Origin: Parcubacteria group bacterium
GTDB taxonomy: Bacteria > Patescibacteriota > Minisyncoccia > Moranbacterales > UBA11712
DNA: 64,000 nucleotides
NCBI GenBank assembly: GCA_041659685.1
Contig: JBAZXV010000001.1
Location: 178,771-242,770, forward strand
Direction of reading: 5' to 3'
Shown here: piece by piece, positions 1 to 11,382 of the stretch
How the letters are laid out: each line of letters starts with the position of its first letter
Position numbering within the stretch: the stretch's first letter is position 1
Notes under the pieces: model-generated
Told to the model about the DNA's origin: nothing
The model's input: only the letters and a program-made list of their open reading frames with translations
Databases searched by the model: none
Program-made: the position numbers and the translations under genes

Positions 1-2321
1 TCGTCTTAAGTTCCATTGATTCAATTTCTGCGCCAAGTGAGATTCCCTGCTTGGTTTTTGCTTTTCGAATTTCATCAATTGCTTTGATAGCGCTTTCAAA
101 ATCGGAAATGTCCGGCTTCGAGGATAGTTTCATCTTTTCCGGCCATACTGAAACATGGACACTTTTCACTTTTTCCATATTTCTGAAAAAGGTCTGAAAA
201 ATTTCTTCCGTCACAAACGGCATGATAGGCGCGTACATTTTTAATATACTGAAAAAGACTGTGGAAAGCGTTTTTATGGCCGCATCTTTAGATTTTTTGT
301 CACTCCCAAAAAGGCGATATTTCACGAACTCGACGTAATAATCCGCCAGCTTTGACCAGAAAAATTTGTCTATCTCTTCCTTGGCCTTCGCGTAGGTATA
401 GTTTTCAAAATTTTTCGTAACAGCGGCAATAGTCTTATTCATTTCCTGAAGGATCCAGAGGTCGGATTTTTCCAACTTATCCTTGCTTCCCACAAGCATC
501 GGTTTTTTGGTATGCATCGAGAGAAGCCGCGCCACATTCCAAAGTTTCGTCGTCGTCCTCCGGCCTTTTTTCACTTCGAGAATATTGAACTTAAGGCTTT
601 GTCCCAGCGTCGCGCCCGTCGCCCAATACCGCACCGCGTCAGCCCCGTATTCTTCAATTATTTTTTCCGGAGGAATATAATTTCCAAGCCTTTTTGAAAT
701 TTTTCGTCCTTGTTCGTCAAGGCCGTGTCCTGATATCATCGCGCTTCGAAATGGCAAATGATTATGGTGATAATGGGATTTTACGATCGTATAAAACAGC
801 CAAGTCCTTATGATTTCAAAAGCTTGCGGACGAAGGGAAGAAGGATACAGTTTTTCCTGGATAGGTTTTTCGCTTACCAATTTTTGGGCGATAATCGGCG
901 TGAGAGATGATGTCGCCCAGGTATCAAGAACATCCTGTTCGGGGATAAATTTTTTTCCGCCGTCTGCCTCTCCGGCAGATAAACATTTCGGGCAGACTTT
1001 TATTTTCGGCTGCTCTTCAAGGGGATCGACCGGCAAATCTTTTTCTTCCGGCAAAATTATTTCTCCGCATTTTCCGCAGTACCAGACAGGAAAAGGAACT
1101 CCGTAATAGCGTTGGCGGGAAATGCACCAGTCCCATTTGATATTTTCGACCCATTCGTCATATATTTTTTTCATTTCCTTCGGATGCCATTTGAGTTCTT
1201 TGCCGCGCTTCAAAAAATCATTTTTTGCTTCGAGAATTTTAATGAACCACTGGTCCGATTCGATGTACTCGACGTCCGTTCCGCACCGCTCATGAGTATA
1301 GACGGAGTGCTTGATCGGCTCAATCTTTTCAATCGCGCCAACAGCCTCTAAATCCTCGACAATCATTTTTCTCACTTCGAGAACCTTCATTCCTTCGTAT
1401 TTTCCGCCTGCCTGCGAGAACCGGCCGTTAGGAAGAATAAGTTCTGTCGGCTCGGCTTCTGGATGGCGCGAAAGCCATTCAATGCATTCTCCGCCTCCAT
1501 AAGAGCAATAATAGACTACCCCGCTGCCATACTCCATGTTCGTGGCAACGTCGGCCGTGAGGACGACTTTTTTCTTCGTAAGCGGCATTGTCACTTTTTT
1601 GCCGATAAGTTTTTTGTACCGCTTGTCTTTCGGATTAACGGAAATTCCCATCACCGCCGGCAGAAGTTCCGGTCGCGTTGTGGCAAAAACCAGAGTGTCT
1701 CCCGTTTCCGCCTTAACTTTTATATAAACCAGATTGCTTTCTTTTTCCTCAGCTTCAAGGTCGGCTTGGGCGATGGCAGTTCGGCAAGTCGTGCACCAGA
1801 GAATCGGTTTTTTGGCTTTATATATTTTATTTTTTCTGTAGAGATCAAGAAAAGACCACTGGGAAATTTTTCGGCAATGATCATTGATTGTGCTGTATGT
1901 TTTTGTCCAGTCAACGGAAATTCCGAGAAGTGACCAAAGCTTTCGATAGGTTTCGGAACCTTTTTTGGTTTCCTTAAGACAGAGCTTTATGAATTCAGAT
2001 CTCGTTATTTTTGACTTGTTGATCTTGTATTTTTTCTCGACAAATCTTTCCGTCGGGAGGCCGTTGTCGTCAAATCCCATCGGATAATAGACATTGAAGC
2101 CGCGCATTCGCTTATAGCGGACGACAAATTCCGCCTGGGCATAACTCATTACGTGCCCCGCGTGCAAATGGTCGGCCGAGACATAGGGAGGCGGCGTATC
2201 AATTGAAAAAATTTCCCCTTTGGCTTTGGGATTGAATTTATATATCCCCTCTTTTTCCCAAAACTCGCGCCACTTCGGCTCAGCTTCGGAAGGATTATAG
2301 TGTTTTGAAATTTCTTTCATT
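1..2321 (-). CDS. valS: Class I aminoacyl-tRNA synthetase, most likely valyl-tRNA synthetase; the C-terminal end runs off the window start
   Basis: Minus-strand translation from the ATG at 2321 gives MKEISKHYNPSEAEPKWREFWEKEG..., with PPPYVSADHLHAGH (HIGH-type motif) and WCISRQRYYGVPFPVWYC. Near position 1 the frame still reads MPFVTEEIFQ-like ValRS C-terminal sequence. No stop occurs before the window edge, which is why the ORF track lists no ORF here. Confidence 0.6.
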
Positions 2322-2330
2322 GGTAATTTA

Positions 2331-2987
2331 TCAGTTAATAGTCGGCTCTTTTGCTTCGCCGAAAATCGCTTCCGATCTATTCAGTTCAAGAGCCCATTTC
2401 TGGTTCCCAAAATCAAAGTGCCACCATTCATCTTTGTCGACAGAAAAACCTTCGGCTATCATTGCCTCGCGAAGCATTTTTTGATTATTTCTAGCCTCGA
2501 TATTTGTGTCTGCGTTTTCAAAATAATACGAACTCGCCTCCGGACCGAAATAATCAAATTCGGTTCCCATATCCAGCTCATTCCCGTCTTTATCGACTAA
2601 TGTCAGATCAACCGAACCGCCAGTGGCGTGAGGGGGAATCCGATTCGCGTCATTGGCGTCGGTAACAAAAACTCCGACTTCGGCTTTCAGTTTTTCTTCA
2701 TCCCAATCGGGATTTTTTCCTTTCAATTCATTCCAAAATTTTTCATAGATGGCGTTTTGGACCTTTCGAGAGCGGTAACCATCCCAAAGTTTGAATTTAT
2801 AGCCTTTGAATCCTTGTTGTATTTTCAGCAATTTATCTGCGACAGTTTTTCTGAGAAACATTCTTGAGTCTTCCGACAAACCTTGCTTGAAATACATCGG
2901 CTCCAAAATAAAATCATAATTCTTAAGATCGACGAGCGGATCTTGCGATTCACTAATTGGAATGACTTGGAAGTTAAGTAAAGACAT
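2331..2987 (-). CDS. ddpX: D-alanyl-D-alanine dipeptidase, VanX/DdpX-like M15 peptidase
   Basis: 218-aa ORF with DEWWHFDF and HATGGSVDLTL motifs typical of the VanX family. Confidence 0.6.
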   Translation of the reverse strand: MSLLNFQVIPISESQDPLVDLKNYDFILEPMYFKQGLSEDSRMFLRKTVADKLLKIQQGFKGYKFKLWDGYRSRKVQNAIYEKFWNELKGKNPDWDEEKLKAEVGVFVTDANDANRIPPHATGGSVDLTLVDKDGNELDMGTEFDYFGPEASSYYFENADTNIEARNNQKMLREAMIAEGFSVDKDEWWHFDFGNQKWALELNRSEAIFGEAKEPTIN

Positions 2988-3006
2988 GCTAAAAGTGTAT
3001 TTTGAA

Positions 3007-5070
3007 TTATTTTCTTACTTTCACTTTCAGTTCTTTTTCGAGCGATGAGATTATTTTTTCCATCACCGCGTCGATTTCTTCGGAAGTCAAAGTTTTAGCG
3101 TCGGAGCCGATTTTGAGGCGCAAGGCTAAACTTTTCTCTCCCTCTTTTTCGAAAACATCAAAAAGATCAATATTTTTCACGAGACTCCCTCCGGTTTTTT
3201 TGACGTTTGCGACAATGTCAGCGTACTTTGTATCTTTTTCAATGAACATGGATAAGTCCCGCTCGACAATCGGAAACTTACTGATAGAGTGATATAATGT
3301 TTCTTTTGGAAGCAGTCTGAGTAGTTCTTCGGTTCCGAGTCCAAAATATGCAACGCGTTGTTTTATTCCGTATTTTTTTGATATCAGAGGATTTATTTCC
3401 CCGATTTTCCCGATTTTTTCTCCGTTAATTATAATCCTTGAGATTCTGCTTGGATGCCAAAAACCGAAATCCGTATCCTGCGCTTCGAATTTAATATTAC
3501 GCAATCCAAGCTTATTTAATATACTTTCCAATTCACCCTTTAGCGCTAAAATAGAGTTCTCTTTTGCTGAATTGCTAACCAATCCTCCCGCTAAAACACT
3601 TTCTTCATAAGGCGTATTCCCTTTCTTTCCAAATTCCCTTCCGATTTCGAAAATCTTGATATCGGAGAAATTTTTCAAGTTCAGATTAACATTTTTCAAA
3701 ATACCCGGAGAAAATGTTTCTCTCAAATATTGCTGCTCCGAACTCAATGGATTCGCCACTTCAATATGATCTTCTACTCTCAGGCCGCATTTTTCAATAT
3801 CCTCTTTTCCGTAGAATGAATAGTTCATAACCTCCGAAAAACCGAACCCGATCAAAATGTCACGCAGTTTATTTTCGAAATCCCTTTTCTCATTTCGGGG
3901 CAGTGCCTTCACTTCAGCGCAAGGCGCTTGCTCTTTGATATTTTCATATCCGTAGATGCGGCCGATTTCTTCAATGAGATCTTCCTGGGTTTTGAGATCA
4001 ATCCGGTGTGTTGGAATTTCAAAAAATATCCACTTAGACACCGAGTGTCTAAGTGATTTGAGGCCGAGATTTTCCAGGATATTTTTCATTTTTGCGATCG
4101 GAATATTTTCACCCAACAAACGATTTACATAGTTCGTGTCCAATTTTACCTGCCACGGCTTCACTTTTTTCGGATAAATGTCCATGATTGAGGCAGCTTC
4201 AATATTTTTTCCGCAAATCTCTTTTGTGAGTTCTATTGCCCTCGCCATCGCCGTTTCCGCCAAATTCGGATCAATTTCGCGCTCAAACCGGTGGGACGAT
4301 TCAGTGATAATATTTTGCGAAGTTCTTGTTTTTCGAATGCTTGTCGCATTAAAATTGGCCGATTCAAGAACAATCGAAGCAGTTTTATTGCTAATAGCTG
4401 AATCGGATCCGCCCATCACTCCGGCCAGCGCCAAAACTTTCTCGGAATCGGCGATCACTAAATCATTTTCACTTAACATATATTCTTTATCATCAAGCAA
4501 TATAATCTTTTCATTCTTCTTGGCTCTGCGAATAATAATTTTGATTTTTGAATTTGAAGTTTTGGATTTATTTGAGATTTCTCCTTTTATTTTCTCTAAA
4601 TCAAAGGAGTGCATCGGCTGTCCGGTTTCGAGCATGACATAATTTGTAATATCGACAATATTATTGATCGGCTTAACACCTGAAACCAGCAATCTTGTCT
4701 GCATCCATTTTGGCGAAGGGCTAATTTTAATATTTTTAATAACCGCCCCGACATAACGCAGACAAAGTTTTTTGTCTTTAATTTCAATATTCACCCCAAG
4801 GTCCGACCTTGGGACAGCTAGAGCGCTCCCAACATTAAATGTTGGAGTAAACTTCCGTCCTTCGAGAGCGCAGATTTCCCGCGCCATGCCGATGTGCGAC
4901 AGCGCGTCGTGCCCGCGGTTTGGGAGAATAGAAAATTCCATTTGCGTTTCTTTTCCTTCGGTTTTTAGGCCCTCAAACTCAAATGACCGCATGGTCAAAA
5001 GATCCGCCAATTGTTTTGGCGATTTTTTTGTTTTGGATAGTTCTTTTAGCCAGGTATATGAGTATTTCAT
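3007..5070 (-). CDS. pheT: Phenylalanyl-tRNA synthetase beta subunit
   Basis: 687 aa beginning MKYSYTWLKEL, with B3/4 and B5 domain-like regions. It lies immediately downstream of pheS. Confidence 0.9.
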   Translation of the reverse strand: MKYSYTWLKELSKTKKSPKQLADLLTMRSFEFEGLKTEGKETQMEFSILPNRGHDALSHIGMAREICALEGRKFTPTFNVGSALAVPRSDLGVNIEIKDKKLCLRYVGAVIKNIKISPSPKWMQTRLLVSGVKPINNIVDITNYVMLETGQPMHSFDLEKIKGEISNKSKTSNSKIKIIIRRAKKNEKIILLDDKEYMLSENDLVIADSEKVLALAGVMGGSDSAISNKTASIVLESANFNATSIRKTRTSQNIITESSHRFEREIDPNLAETAMARAIELTKEICGKNIEAASIMDIYPKKVKPWQVKLDTNYVNRLLGENIPIAKMKNILENLGLKSLRHSVSKWIFFEIPTHRIDLKTQEDLIEEIGRIYGYENIKEQAPCAEVKALPRNEKRDFENKLRDILIGFGFSEVMNYSFYGKEDIEKCGLRVEDHIEVANPLSSEQQYLRETFSPGILKNVNLNLKNFSDIKIFEIGREFGKKGNTPYEESVLAGGLVSNSAKENSILALKGELESILNKLGLRNIKFEAQDTDFGFWHPSRISRIIINGEKIGKIGEINPLISKKYGIKQRVAYFGLGTEELLRLLPKETLYHSISKFPIVERDLSMFIEKDTKYADIVANVKKTGGSLVKNIDLFDVFEKEGEKSLALRLKIGSDAKTLTSEEIDAVMEKIISSLEKELKVKVRK

Positions 5071-5073
5071 AGC

Positions 5074-6095
<1,022 letters not shown>

Positions 6096-6212
6096 ATTCT
6101 AAAAATACTCCAAAAATAAAAAAAAGTCCAGAATAAGGACTTGCTAAAAAGTTATGCGGCGGGGCAAGGAAACTGCAGATGCAGCCCTCGCCCCGGTCTA
6201 GTCAGATTTTAT

Positions 6213-6413
6213 TTAGGGCACGATTTTAGCGCGTTTCCAATCCTGCCAAAGCTTATACGCGCTAACAGCCGTTAGTGCAGCAGCTATGGCGGCCAGAATT
6301 AGGTGCGCTTGGGTATTTTCCAGATCCTTGCTTTCAATTGCTCCCAAGACCAATTTGCAGAAAAGGTTTGTGGTCATGAGAGTGGTCATGAATCGTATTC
6401 CTACGACGAACAT
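6213..6413 (-). CDS. Hypothetical small protein (66 aa) in a GC-richer patch
   Basis: ORF only, with a hydrophobic segment. Local GC is visibly higher than in the flanking genes. Confidence 0.25.
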   Translation of the reverse strand: MFVVGIRFMTTLMTTNLFCKLVLGAIESKDLENTQAHLILAAIAAALTAVSAYKLWQDWKRAKIVP

Positions 6414-6468
6414 AATGGAGAATCTCCTTTCAAACCTTTATCAGGCGTCTTGGTTTTGGGCAGTCAGG

Positions 6469-6840
6469 TCAAGCGGCAGGTGGTCGGGGATCTTTGACCG
6501 ATACCACCAAACCTTCATGTTTGACGCACCAGCCCCGGCCGACATACAAGCCTGAGTAGCCAACAATGTAACGATCGCCTCCGGGCCAAAATTCGACTCG
6601 ATACTCGTTTTTACCCACTGCCTGTTTTACCAGGAATGGGATGTCCTCGGGAACATTTTCCCAGGGAATCGGCCTGCCGATCATGCGCCATTCAGCGAAC
6701 AGATAAGTCAGGGCAACGGCGCAAATAACTGCACTCAGCATAACGATAGCCATCTTATAACCTTCGACGATATAGCTATAGGTTATGGCGGAGACCACAC
6801 CGAAACTCATGAACGCCATCAATAACAATATTTTCTTCAT
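6469..6840 (-). CDS. Hypothetical membrane protein, with the start at MKKILLL
   Basis: Two predicted TM helices (MKKILLLMAFMSFGVVSAITY and AIVMLSAVICAVALTYLF). It sits in the GC-richer patch, and the upstream part of the ORF-track entry is probably non-coding. Confidence 0.4.
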   Translation of the reverse strand: MKKILLLMAFMSFGVVSAITYSYIVEGYKMAIVMLSAVICAVALTYLFAEWRMIGRPIPWENVPEDIPFLVKQAVGKNEYRVEFWPGGDRYIVGYSGLYVGRGWCVKHEGLVVSVKDPRPPAA

Positions 6841-7066
6841 AGTAGGATCCTTTTTAAAGTATATTTTCCCATTGCGTTGTTCCGCATACTGAGAATGTAT
6901 AATTACACTACTTTCAATGACAAAAGTCAAGCGTGAAGAACCCAACTCTAAAATTTACTTTAAGTATAGAAAAATACAGCCTCTGTTGGCTGTAAATTAA
7001 ATAATCAGCTTTGTATCGCGAAGAGATCTATATGATAATAAATGGCTTAATTAATGCTTCTTTGAC

Positions 7067-7104
7067 AGAGGGGCTAAGCCCCCAACTGGGGACTTAGCCC
7101 CTCT
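7067..7104 (-). terminator. Perfect 12-bp inverted repeat (agaggggctaag ... cttagcccctct) downstream of the amidohydrolase gene, a putative terminator or hairpin
   Basis: The stem-loop is seen directly in the sequence. There is no clear U-tract, so its function is uncertain. Confidence 0.35.
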
Positions 7105-7153
7105 CAAGAGCTGAAATAATTTGAGTTGATCTGGTATAAAACATTAAGCAATA

Positions 7154-8584
7154 CTATCTCCCCGCCACTCTTTTTCTCAGCGCCATATGTCTTTTTTGGA
7201 GTTCGGCTAGGAGTTTGCTTTCATTAACAAGCTGATGGCGTCTCCCTGCCACGATAAATTGCCCGTTTATCATGAGATCCCGGACAACCCGCCCGCCGTG
7301 GGTAACGAGGTTTCCGAGAAGCGTCATGGGGTTTTTTTGATCGAATGGGATGAATCCGCGGTCTTTGAGTTTCCAAAAAGCAAGGTCGGCTTTCATTCCC
7401 GGCAAAATTCTTCCCCGGTCCGGCATATTAAGGACCCTGGCTCCGTTCACGGTCATCATTTTGAAAAGGGATCCGAATTTAACGGTTCTATTGTAAAGAT
7501 GGGTAACGCGAGTCTGATAGGCTTCAGAAAGAAGATCCAGGCGGCTCTTCGAAACCACTCCGTCGGTTCCAAGAGAAAGAAACTGCGAACCTTCGAAATC
7601 GCGAAATTTCCACAGCGGAAATGTCCCGCTTTTATGGATAACATTCGATGTCGGAAGATGAACGACTCCCACTTTGTTCTTGATAAGTTTTCTTATCTCG
7701 GCGTCGTTAATGTATATCGAATGGGATACTATCGTGCGATTGGTAAGCAGATGATATTTTTCCAGAGTTTCGACTTCCCGCATCCTGTGTTTTCTCAGGC
7801 ACTGCTCGGCCACATTTTCGCTTTCCGCCATGTGGCAGGTTATCAAAAGATCATATTTATCACTGAGCCTCTTCACTTCCTTTAATACTTTTGGGGAAGC
7901 TTTATAGACATAGTGAAAGCAAATGGCAAGATGCGAAGAATCATTTTTATTTTCTTTCACCAATCGCTCGATCAGTTCCGGGGAGTTTTCCGGATGTACG
8001 CTGGAAGCAACACTGACCGCATTTATGACATTCTGCTTTGTCGCGCGAGCAGCGATTTCAAGGGGATGATAAGAAGAAAAATGACTAAGTGTCGTTGTAA
8101 TTCCTCCTTTTTGCTGTTCGGTGATGTCACCTATTGATGAATATGAATAGTCTTCCTCGCTCATTACCTGCTCCCACTGGGGAAATGAAGCAATGGTTTC
8201 GTCCACTCCCTCCCCTTCATCAAGCATCATCGCAGACCGCATCAAATACATGGGCGGATGGGCATGCGCATTAATGAGCCCCGGCGTCACCACGATTCCA
8301 CCCCGCATGCCGGCATCGTATGTGTTATCGAATTTTTGATGTTTTACCTTTTTTGAAGGCAAGACCTCTTTTATGGTGTCACCCTGGATGATAATGGAAT
8401 GATTTTCATAGCAGCGCAGTTTCTCGGTTTCGTCGCAGGAAAAGAGATAAGGAATATTTTTAATAAGGATTGTTTTTGGTTTCCTTCCCCTCTTATCTTT
8501 TAGCCGGCTATGCTTGGCGCTTTCCTCAAACGGAATTGCCCTTAAACTGCTTTTGATTCTTTTATATAATTTTTCATGAGACAT
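7154..8584 (-). CDS. Amidohydrolase-family metal-dependent hydrolase (nucleoside/aminohydrolase deaminase-like)
   Basis: VTPGLINAHAHPPMYLMRSAM metal-binding motif of the amidohydrolase superfamily. The start is set at MSHEKLY, and the N-terminal extension in the ORF track is probably not coding. Confidence 0.65.
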   Translation of the reverse strand: MSHEKLYKRIKSSLRAIPFEESAKHSRLKDKRGRKPKTILIKNIPYLFSCDETEKLRCYENHSIIIQGDTIKEVLPSKKVKHQKFDNTYDAGMRGGIVVTPGLINAHAHPPMYLMRSAMMLDEGEGVDETIASFPQWEQVMSEEDYSYSSIGDITEQQKGGITTTLSHFSSYHPLEIAARATKQNVINAVSVASSVHPENSPELIERLVKENKNDSSHLAICFHYVYKASPKVLKEVKRLSDKYDLLITCHMAESENVAEQCLRKHRMREVETLEKYHLLTNRTIVSHSIYINDAEIRKLIKNKVGVVHLPTSNVIHKSGTFPLWKFRDFEGSQFLSLGTDGVVSKSRLDLLSEAYQTRVTHLYNRTVKFGSLFKMMTVNGARVLNMPDRGRILPGMKADLAFWKLKDRGFIPFDQKNPMTLLGNLVTHGGRVVRDLMINGQFIVAGRRHQLVNESKLLAELQKRHMALRKRVAGR

Positions 8585-8777
8585 ATTTTTTTCTGATTTA
8601 TGGATATTACCAAAGCCTGTCTCGAATTCATGACAGACTACATATTTCCGAGACAAGCTCCTAACTAAAACCACCCATTGCTGGACGATTATCATTTTAT
8701 CCCCTTGCGCAAAAGACCGCAAACGCCTGCCGGCAAGGCAGGCAAGCTTCGGGGAGCTTCATTGGATTATACAGGCG

Positions 8778-11276
8778 CTATAGCAAATCATCAAGTCCCA
8801 CAGCGCAATCATCTCCTTTTCTTATGTCTCCGCCGATTAGCCTTTTGACTATCTTGTCGCCGATTTTATCCTGGATAAAACGATCGACGGATCTGGCTCC
8901 GAATTTGCGGTCAAAGCCCCTGTCGACAACATAGCTTGCGATTTCCGGATCGAACTGGATGTTAATGTTTTCTTCCTTTTTTAGGCGGGCGGCATATTTT
9001 TCGAGCTGTAGTTCGGTCACTTCCATTATTTCTTGTTTCAAAAGAGGATGGAAGAAAATAACTCCATCGAAACGATTGAGAAACTCCGGCCTGAAAATCC
9101 CCTCCTTAATAATATGATCAACCAGTTTCCCCTGAATCTCATCGGGGTTCATCCGGGCATCAACCGCTTCTTTTATGAAATCCGATCCGGCATTGGAGGT
9201 TGCGATAATTATCAAATTTCTGAAATTCACTTTTTTTCCGAAGGCGTCCGTAAGCCATCCTTCGTCAAGAATCTGCAAAAATAAGTTAAGGACATCCGGA
9301 TGAGCTTTTTCTATTTCATCAAGAAGCAGCAATGAGTATGGATTTTCCTTGACCTTATTGGTCATTTGTCCGCTCATATTTATTTCAACCGACCCGAGCA
9401 ATCGGTCAAGCGCTTCGGCTTTTTGATATTCGCTCATATCCAGGCGAATCATCCGGTTTTCGTCTCCGAAATAAGCTTCCGCCAGAGCTTTCGCTGATTC
9501 CGTTTTTCCGACGCCAGTAGGGCCCAAAAAAAGGAAACTGCCCATAGGCTTGGCGGCATTTGCCATGCCGACTCGCGCCCGCCGCATCGTTTCTGCAATT
9601 TGCTTTATGGCAAAATTCTGGCCGATTATCCGCTGATGGAGGATATCTTCAAGACTCAAGAGTTTTTCCTTTTCACCTTCCTGCATCTCGCCCAAGGGAA
9701 CTTTGAATTTTTTTGAGACCACTTCGGCAACTGTTTGCGGACTGATATGCTTTTCAGACGGTTTTTGCGACCAAAAAAGAAAAACTTCCTCCATAAGATC
9801 GAGTGCCTTTTCCGGAAAAGGAGAATCCGTAATGTATCGGTCCGAAAGCTTTACGATCTCCCTCAGAGCCTGGTAAGTGAATACAACCCTTTGCTCTTCA
9901 ATTTTTTTAAGGCCGAAAAGAAGCACTTCCATCGTCTGGTCGGCGCCTATTTCCTCAAGCTGAACTTTATCAAAATATTTGGTTATCCCCTCTTTTTTTT
10001 CTATATTTTCATGGAACTCGGCGGGAGTCGCCAGGCCGATTACTTGAAAAGTGGGAATGCTTAGGAATTCTCCAAGCACGTTTGAAATATCCTCGCCGGG
10101 ATTTTTTTGATTTGAAAGAAAGTGACGGCCGATATTATCAATAACCAAAATTATGTTTCCGGCATACGCCGCTTCAAAAAACATCGACCTCAAAATATCC
10201 TCGATTTGGTTCTGGTCGCTAAGGCCGGAGCACATTTCCCCCATATTGATTTCAAGAACTCTTTTTCCGATCAAATAAGGATTTGATTCCCCTTTTCTGA
10301 TTTTCCTCGCCAAAGAATGGACCAGAGTCCGCTTTCCGACGCCGGCTTCGCCGACAATAAAGGCGCTGTTCTGGCTGGGTCGGGTCAAAATCAGCTCCAA
10401 AAGTTCCATTTCCTGCGCCCGTCCGATTAATTTCGCGTTTTTATATTCCGTCAGATCGCCTTCTGAGAGGTCTGCCGCATACCTGTCCAGATGAACCGTG
10501 TAAGCGTAAGTCCAATACCGGCCAATAGGCAAAGTATTATAGAGGTTTTCTTTGATCCAAAACTTTTTCCTTTTTTCATTTTCCAGCCAGCGCATTGTCT
10601 CCCAATTGATAATTTTTTCAAATTCTTCCGTTGTGACATCGCATTCCCTCAGAATTTCTTTCAACGCATCCGGATCCGGCAAAGAACTTCGGTTGCCTCC
10701 CTCAAAGTCTTTTCCGATTCGCTGCCAGATCCTTGAAAACCATTTTTGCGAAATCAATTTTTCCAAACTGCCTGTCGTATTTTTTTTGGCGGCAGAAAAT
10801 GACCTCCAGGAAACAAGAGTAATGACAACCGCAACGGCGAAGGAAAAACCTTCAATAACAGCGGGAAAATACGACTTTGCGGGAACGGAATAAAAAAGCC
10901 CGACCCCTAAAAATAAAAAGAGCGGCAGGAAAAGCCACATAACCAAAATCATTAATCCCAAAACAAGAGTCGAAATTTCCGCCAACACTCCCAGGAGTAT
11001 GATAAAAGTTCTTACCGTCGCTCCTAAAAATCGGGTAATGAGATTCTCAAAGGCAGACTGCGCCAAAAGAAGCGGATGAAATCCCAGCCGCGAAACATGG
11101 GAAATATCTCTTCTCCAGGATGAAAACAATGTTCGAAAATGCCTGGAAACGCCGAAATACCACCAAAAAAATCCCAGATAATTTTTCCAAATATCCAAAA
11201 GTTTTCTTGTTCCTTGGAGATAATGCCAAGTGAGAAAATTCATTTTTATTTTTTTGATATATAAATATTTTAGCAT
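8778..11276 (-). CDS. ClpA/ClpB-family double AAA+ ATPase fused to an N-terminal multi-pass membrane domain
   Basis: D1 has GEAGVGKRTLV and D2 has the canonical GPTGVGKTESAKALAE, plus NLFLQILDEGWLTDAFGKKVNFRNLIIIATSNAGS (sensor region). The first about 170 aa hold roughly four hydrophobic helices. Confidence 0.75.
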   Translation of the reverse strand: MLKYLYIKKIKMNFLTWHYLQGTRKLLDIWKNYLGFFWWYFGVSRHFRTLFSSWRRDISHVSRLGFHPLLLAQSAFENLITRFLGATVRTFIILLGVLAEISTLVLGLMILVMWLFLPLFLFLGVGLFYSVPAKSYFPAVIEGFSFAVAVVITLVSWRSFSAAKKNTTGSLEKLISQKWFSRIWQRIGKDFEGGNRSSLPDPDALKEILRECDVTTEEFEKIINWETMRWLENEKRKKFWIKENLYNTLPIGRYWTYAYTVHLDRYAADLSEGDLTEYKNAKLIGRAQEMELLELILTRPSQNSAFIVGEAGVGKRTLVHSLARKIRKGESNPYLIGKRVLEINMGEMCSGLSDQNQIEDILRSMFFEAAYAGNIILVIDNIGRHFLSNQKNPGEDISNVLGEFLSIPTFQVIGLATPAEFHENIEKKEGITKYFDKVQLEEIGADQTMEVLLFGLKKIEEQRVVFTYQALREIVKLSDRYITDSPFPEKALDLMEEVFLFWSQKPSEKHISPQTVAEVVSKKFKVPLGEMQEGEKEKLLSLEDILHQRIIGQNFAIKQIAETMRRARVGMANAAKPMGSFLFLGPTGVGKTESAKALAEAYFGDENRMIRLDMSEYQKAEALDRLLGSVEINMSGQMTNKVKENPYSLLLLDEIEKAHPDVLNLFLQILDEGWLTDAFGKKVNFRNLIIIATSNAGSDFIKEAVDARMNPDEIQGKLVDHIIKEGIFRPEFLNRFDGVIFFHPLLKQEIMEVTELQLEKYAARLKKEENINIQFDPEIASYVVDRGFDRKFGARSVDRFIQDKIGDKIVKRLIGGDIRKGDDCAVGLDDLL

Positions 11277-11382
11277 AAATCAAGGGAAATAAAAACAACC
11301 CGGCAGACTGGTTGCTAGATCATTATACGATTAATTAATTTTACTAATCAGTTTCTATGCATATTGCTTAATTATCAATTTT

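Noticed and set aside
7235-7885. Plus-strand 216-aa ORF inside the amidohydrolase gene, and similar long antisense ORFs (1463..1933, 14110..14736, 44830..45705, 50829..51401, 54831..55487, 59494..59970)
   Set aside because: Each lies antisense to a gene with clear family motifs. None shows recognisable domains or an RBS.
8720-8750. Hairpin gcctgcc-ggcaa-ggcaggc 3' of the Clp-like gene as a separate regulatory feature
   Set aside because: It is most simply an intrinsic terminator for the Clp-like gene. There is no evidence for anything more, so it is not listed separately.
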